A stretch of 63,926 bases of DNA, filler included, from Thraustochytrium aureum (Eukaryota): NCBI GenBank assembly GCA_012862495.1. It is 9 parts of 4 records of this genome, joined end to end, with 100 filler letters (N's around TTAATTAATTAA, not from the genome) between each part and the next. Parts side by side here need not be neighbours in the genome. Positions count along the whole stretch, not along the records: positions 52,643 to 60,477 come from BLSG01000004.1; positions 60,578 to 61,640 come from BLSG01000004.1; positions 61,741 to 63,926 come from BLSG01000004.1; 6 more parts are not named here. One strand, given 5' to 3'. A program made the translations under genes and the position numbers. A model generated the notes under the pieces. That model made no database searches and was not told the DNA's origin. It worked only from the letters and a program-made list of their open reading frames with translations. This document shows, piece by piece, positions 58,728 to 63,926 of the stretch (positions within the stretch are counted from its first letter, which is position 1; each line of letters starts with the position of its first letter).

Positions 58728-60400
58728 TCAAGCAAAATCCAACAGAGCATCGAAGAGCTCCTCCGCGAGCGCGCGGACGCTCGAGCACCAGTGGGAATGC
58801 GCGCACTGGTAAAGCGCGGCAGCGGTGGCCTGGTGAACGTCCGCAAACGGAGCAACAAAATTGAGGATGACGTGCGGCGCTCCAAGGATAGCCACTGTGC
58901 GGCGAACGTGCTGGCTATTGAGCGAGCCAAGTTGCAGGTTGAGGCGGCGAAAGAGCTGCTCTTGCAGCTCGGTGCCAGCGAGCAGCTCGCGCGGGCAGAG
59001 GTGCACAAAGGTGTCCATCAGGTCCAGGTAAAGCCCACATGACGCGCTCCCCACCCCTGGCCACGAGCGCAGCATCCTCGCAACCACGTCGCGCGCGGCG
59101 CCCTGGGGCGCCATCTTGATGAGCTGCGCGAGGCAGCTGCTGAGAGCCGGGGAAACGTCCGGGTCAGAACCAAGGCGCATCAGGCGCCGGGTGCGCGAAA
59201 AGACCGCCAAGAACAGGTTCAGGCACACCTTGAACGAGTCGTCGTCGCGCGCCCTCGGCTCTGCCTGAACGTGCAGCGCGCAAACCTTGAGAACCGCTTG
59301 AGCGAGGTCCAGCAGGACGCGGAGGCGGCGCGCTGCGCTGGCGCGGGGGCCAGCTCTTGAAAGGCCCTGTCGGCCTTGTCTGGCCCCTGCGAGCCCCCAA
59401 AGGAGATCACGACGTGCTCGCCAACGCATGCCAAAAGCGCGCGCGCAAATTCCAGACTGTGCTGTGGGAAGCGCTCTAGCATCGAAGCGAGCAAGACAAG
59501 CTCCGGAACATTGCTTGCATGCAAGGGAACCGCTCGCCGCGCCTCGCGCTCCACAGCACAGAGCCCGTTCACGACGAGCTCGTGAACCACGCTGCCAGAG
59601 AGGGCCACGCTTGCAAACCACGGCTGCTCCACTGCCGCTTTGGCCGAGGCGGGAAGACAGGCGACGGGCCTGCCCCCGGTCGGCCGGCGCCGTCGCCTGG
59701 CCGATTTGTTACGTCTCTGGCAGACTGCAGCGCGGCCCGCAGCGCTCTTTTGATACTTGTAGAGGGGCACTCTGCCACAGGCGAGCGCCCCTCTTCACAG
59801 TCATCCGGAAATAAAAACGCGAAAATAAGGTCGACGACGTCGTCGGCCTCGCGGCGCTCGGCCGGGCGATCGAGGCACAGAGGGCGCGGGCTGGAAACCT
59901 TGGGAGACGCAGGAGGAACGTGCAGCAGACCACGAGACGCCGGCACCCCCAAGCTGGACCCTGCGCAGGCCAAGGTGTAGCTCTCGCTTTCCTGCGCTGC
60001 ATCTGCTTCGGCAGCGTTGCTGACGGAAACCGAGACAGCCGCACTGAGTTTGCGAACGCGAATTCGAGCAGAGCTAGGGCTGCTTGTCGGAACCCTTTTG
60101 CGGGTCAGCACGACAACAGAGTCGGAGCATACCGAGGCCGTGCGCGCGCGTGCCGGAGTCGCAGTGGGCTCGGCCGCAAAGGTTTCGAACAGGGCGACCC
60201 GTGCAATGAAGCATCGATCCGAGTCGCGCTTACTTGCGCGCTTCGCGTCGGCGTGGAGCGGCGACGCCGACCAGCTTGCTGAGCGCTGGCGCGCTCGCCT
60301 CGAGGACGCGCGGTGCCCGAGCCTGTGCTTGTTATACCTCACGGTGAGCACCATCGGAGCCGAGCTTGCGCAAAAGGGCTCCACGCCTCGCGCTGCTCGT
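58728..60400 (-). CDS. Divergent PP2A B56 (B') regulatory-subunit-like helical protein; several indels, start uncertain
   Basis: The C-terminal part VARMLRSWP...S...LYLDLM...LFRRL...S...AALY...HW...V follows the B56 repeat pattern. Confidence 0.6.
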
Positions 60401-60577
60401 CTCGCCCCTACTCCCGGACGGACCGACCGCCTTGCGAGCCAGCGCAAAGCCGAGGCGGTTCCCGTCCGCCGAGAGCCNNNNNNNNNNNNNNNNNNNNNNN
60501 NNNNNNNNNNNNNNNNNNNNNTTAATTAATTAANNNNNNNNNNNNNNNNNNNNNNNNNNNNNNNNNNNNNNNNNNNN

Positions 60578-61620
60578 GTGGGTCGGCGGGAGCATCACCT
60601 TTGGCATCTTCCTCATGTTGGCCCTTTTTGTGTGGGCGCAGCGGTTCTCCCTGCGTTTGGCAGGGCTCTTTCCATTCTTGCATCTCGGTGTCATGCGCGG
60701 ATTCAACGCTGATGACCTTGGAGACATGAGCGGGCTTGTTTTCGTAGTCACTGGCGCGAGCTCCGGGCTCGGCCAGGCCACCACAAAGGTGCTCTTGTCG
60801 CAAAACGCGACAGTGTGGATGGGTTGCCGAAGCGCAGAACGGTGCCAAGCAGCGCTCGACGAGATCCGGGCTACTGTGCAACGCGGAACACCCCGCATAG
60901 CGACGCTCGAGCTTGGCTCGCTTCGCAGTGTTCGCGCATTCGCAGCAACCGTGGTGGAGGGCTTGCAGCCTGGCGGGCTAGACGGCTTGGTGCTCAACGC
61001 GGGGTTCCTCCCAAACTCGTTCCGTCTCTCGGCAGACGGTTTGCTCGAGGAGACCCTCGCAGCAAACCACATGGGCCACTTTGAGCTGACGCGGCTCTCC
61101 TCGACTCGCTGCTTGCCCGCAGCTCGTCCAAGGTCGTGGCTGTCTCTTCTGGGGCGCATACTTCGCCTTGGCAAACCGCAGCTGGGGTGCCGATGAGTGT
61201 GGCCGAGGCAAATGACCCGGCAAACTTTGACAGCGTCAGGACGTACGGAATGACCAAGCTCGCCAACATCCTGCTTGTTCGAGAGCTTGACAGAAGGTAC
61301 CGGGACCAGGGTCTTGTGGCCACGGCGGTGAACCCAGGAGCTGTCGCGACGAACTTTTTGCCGAATGCGATGGCCGGCGGCAAGGTGCTTGAGAGCCAAC
61401 TCGAGCCGATTTATCGCGCGCTCTTCGCTTTGAAAGACCTTTTGTTCTGGGACCTCTGATTGCCAGCATGTCCATCGTCGCGGCCGTGTACAAACCGGCT
61501 GGGTTTGCGCTGTACACGGTTCCCATCGCCCGACCGATGACGCCGAGCGAACAGGCGCAAAACGACACCTCGGCGCTGGCGCTGTGGGAGTGGAGCGAGG
61601 CGTTTCTGATGAACAATTAG
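60578..61620 (+). CDS. Short-chain dehydrogenase/reductase, retinol dehydrogenase/WWOX-like; 5' partial, indels
   Basis: VVTGASSGLG, LVLNAG, ANHMGHF, YGMTK (YxxxK), VNPGAVATN and LWEWSE. TAG at 61618-61620. Confidence 0.9.
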
Positions 61621-62038
61621 ACGGGTTGCCGTTTGGCTTTNNNNNNNNNNNNNNNNNNNNNNNNNNNNNNNNNNNNNNNNNNNNTTAATTAATTAANNNN
61701 NNNNNNNNNNNNNNNNNNNNNNNNNNNNNNNNNNNNNNNNAAAAAAATAACGCCAAGAGTTCTTCGTCAAATTCAGCTGAGCCAGGCTGAGCACGCCGGG
61801 TATAGGCCTAACAACATCAAAATTCAAATGCTACATCGTGTAAAACGACAAGAGTTCTTCGTCAAATACTACATCGTTGGCGCGGCTTCCCTCGGATAAC
61901 GACTGCCTTCGCACGACGCCGAGTCGCGCTATTCAGCCGTGAAACGCCCAAGAAGAGCCAGCGTCCAGCACAGATGAGGATTGCAATATCTACCTCACGT
62001 CGCACGGCCTGGCGCGACGCTTGCTTACGCAAACAGCC

Positions 62039-63550
62039 CTAATCTTTTGCCTTGTAGGCATCGTAGACAGAGTACGCGATGTACGCAAGGTAGAGTGCAG
62101 TGAGCATGTAGCCAATGTTGCGGTTCATATGCCATCGGTTGGCGATCAGCACAAGCAAATATAGCATCACGGTCCCCAACAGTATCAGGACGTTGACCAC
62201 GATGTTGTCAAGCTTCACCTTGGTGGATGTGCCATGGATCGCCGGTGCGAGGAGCCACGGCAGTCCGAGGCCGAGCAGGATGTCAAACACGTTGGAACCG
62301 ACAGCGTTCGCAATGGCCATGTCAGCTCGGCCCTGGCGAGCGACGATCATGGATGCAATCATGTCGGGAACAGACGTTCCGGCAGCCAACAAGACGACGC
62401 CCATCACGACGGGGTCGATGCCGAGAATGCAACCAATATCCGTCGCGAGCGACACCATTAGGAGGCAGCAGGCCCCGATCCAGAGAATGCAGATACTAAA
62501 GGCTGTGATGATCCAGCCCTTGAAGCGACCATTCTCCACGTCGGGGATCGTGAACTTGAACGCTGCAACGAGCGGAAGGGAGATGAGCCAGTACAGCTTG
62601 CCTAGGGCGCCTTCGGGGGGCATGTACCAGGGGCCGTCGTCCTCGTCATCCTCGTCCCCGTTGCCAGACTTGGAGCCCTCTACCATCGACACATCGTACA
62701 CCTTGATCTCTTTCGACTTGCTGCACTTGTCGAGAATTTGGCGGTTGAAGCGCATAAAGAGGATGTACAAGCAATACACCAAAACCATGAGGAGGCCTTC
62801 GAACCACTCCACCTCGCCGAAATTGCACCCAATTCCGTCGGGAGGCGACTCCTCACGACCCTCGTCGACGTTCGCAATTGTATGGTTGGACAAATCTATG
62901 CAGACCTTGTCGCCATTCGCCATGTAGAGCACCAGTATCCCGATAGAAACCACGTAAAAGCCCACATCACGCATCACGGGTCGCCAATCAATGCTGACCG
63001 AGCCCTTCGTTACGGCGGCGCTCATGGCTACAATGATGAGGATGTTGAACATGGCGCTCCCGACAATGGTACCAATCCCGATCGAGTTTTTGGAAAAGAA
63101 GGCATCGCTCATCGAGGTAAACAGTTCGGGGGCCGACGACCCAGCGGCCATAAAGGTAGCTCCTGCCACATCTTCGGAGAGGCCCAGTTTTTCGCTGATC
63201 ATCTGGAGGGCGGGCTCAAAGTACTCGTCGCAAATGATAGCGAGCCCGAGGAATGCGTAGAGGACGACGAGAAGGTAGGGGAGAACCAGGATATAATCGT
63301 TGGTATCCGTCCCAGAGCAGTCTGCAGTGCCGGCCAGGTTGCGCGGGACCAACCGAGACAGATCGTAGGTCTCGTCGTTCGCCCAGCTTGGTGCCTCTCG
63401 CACGACGAGCACAACGATGACGACTAGAGCGAGCACTGCCCAAACGTTGTGAGTCGCAGAACGGGTGCTGCGCCGGATGGATTTGAGCTTGGCGCGGTCG
63501 ATGCCATACCTTTCCCCGCGCATGCGCGAGAAGGCAATCAGTCTCGACAT
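62039..63550 (-). CDS. K+-dependent Na+/Ca2+ exchanger (NCKX/SLC24 family)
   Basis: Intact 503-aa ORF with alpha-1 repeat GATFMAAGSSAPE...GTIVGSAMFN and alpha-2 repeat LAAGTSVPD...NAVGSNVFD. Confidence 0.95.
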   Translation of the reverse strand: MSRLIAFSRMRGERYGIDRAKLKSIRRSTRSATHNVWAVLALVVIVVLVVREAPSWANDETYDLSRLVPRNLAGTADCSGTDTNDYILVLPYLLVVLYAFLGLAIICDEYFEPALQMISEKLGLSEDVAGATFMAAGSSAPELFTSMSDAFFSKNSIGIGTIVGSAMFNILIIVAMSAAVTKGSVSIDWRPVMRDVGFYVVSIGILVLYMANGDKVCIDLSNHTIANVDEGREESPPDGIGCNFGEVEWFEGLLMVLVYCLYILFMRFNRQILDKCSKSKEIKVYDVSMVEGSKSGNGDEDDEDDGPWYMPPEGALGKLYWLISLPLVAAFKFTIPDVENGRFKGWIITAFSICILWIGACCLLMVSLATDIGCILGIDPVVMGVVLLAAGTSVPDMIASMIVARQGRADMAIANAVGSNVFDILLGLGLPWLLAPAIHGTSTKVKLDNIVVNVLILLGTVMLYLLVLIANRWHMNRNIGYMLTALYLAYIAYSVYDAYKAKD

Positions 63551-63926
63551 CGTGCCCCGACTTGCTTGCTAAGGTTTCAAGCCGCGCCCCCTGCAATTCG
63601 GTTGCCAGCACACCAAGACAGCGTCGCCCCTGCTCTGCCTGGCTTGGCGCCGCTGCCAGCGCCACGATTCGCACCGAGGACGGGGCAAGCACCTGCCGCT
63701 GGCACTCGCAAGGAACTGCTTTCTCCCGTGCGTGAACCACGTTAAACCACGCTATGCTGGCAGGTCGGCCGCCGTCTGGCTGGGTATCTGCGCGCCGCGC
63801 CTGGTTGTCTGCTTGCCTACCTGCGTTTGGACGCCTCGCCAGGTCGGTGTCTGCTGCAGCTCGAATTGGCATCGACGCTCAACGAGCAAAAAACGCCTCT
63901 CTGAGAGAGCTATCAAGCAACTTTCA

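Noticed and set aside
1318..61620. Pervasive frameshifts in conserved genes (HAT, TUTase, Rab11, RPB2, MYCBP, zinc finger, GT25, SDR) as programmed frameshifting, RNA editing or mass pseudogenisation
   Set aside because: Shifts go in both directions, mostly at homopolymers or short repeats (e.g. the A run near 36735, G run near 33828, T run near 48360). They share no slippery motif and hit essential genes that otherwise lack stops. Sequencing or consensus indel error is the simplest explanation; raw reads versus cDNA would settle it.
1262..61696. Recurrent TTAATTAATTAA as a biological repeat or TTAA transposon target site
   Set aside because: It is always embedded in uniform N runs and is a six-frame-stop concatenation linker.

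Overview
Eukaryotic, GC-rich, intron-poor genomic DNA from a draft assembly. It comprises nine scaffolds joined by artificial N-TTAATTAATTAA-N linkers, with many internal N gaps and frequent 1-2 nt indel errors that split genes between frames. Gene content suggests a flagellated protist, probably a stramenopile (inference). Housekeeping genes include the PFAS/PurL 3' end, SNU13, RPB2, Rab11, TBC1D19, MYCBP, a SEC12-like WD40 protein, an NCKX exchanger, an SDR, a D-2-hydroxyacid dehydrogenase and GT8- and GT25-like glycosyltransferases. There are two mobile elements: a Kolobok-type DDE transposon (41382-47345) and a partial Ty1/copia retrotransposon (about 49420-52541). The Kolobok-type element has an intact 902-aa transposase and a convergent, unusually large partner ORF of about 809 aa ending in a P2X7-ballast/KolX-like motif; this is the most interesting locus. 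A GT25-like gene next to it is bracketed by TTAA|AGG...CCT|TTAA and may be transposon cargo. Several unusual domain architectures were also seen: RIIa-domain guanylate kinase, Nop6-RRM plus hnRNP-Q acidic domain plus RGG tail, a URT1-like TUTase with Tyr in place of the UTP-selecting His, a tandem Frag1/DRAM protein, and a Capicua-L-like motif heading a WRKY19-like zinc-finger array. All family assignments come from motif recognition by eye; no database searches were run.
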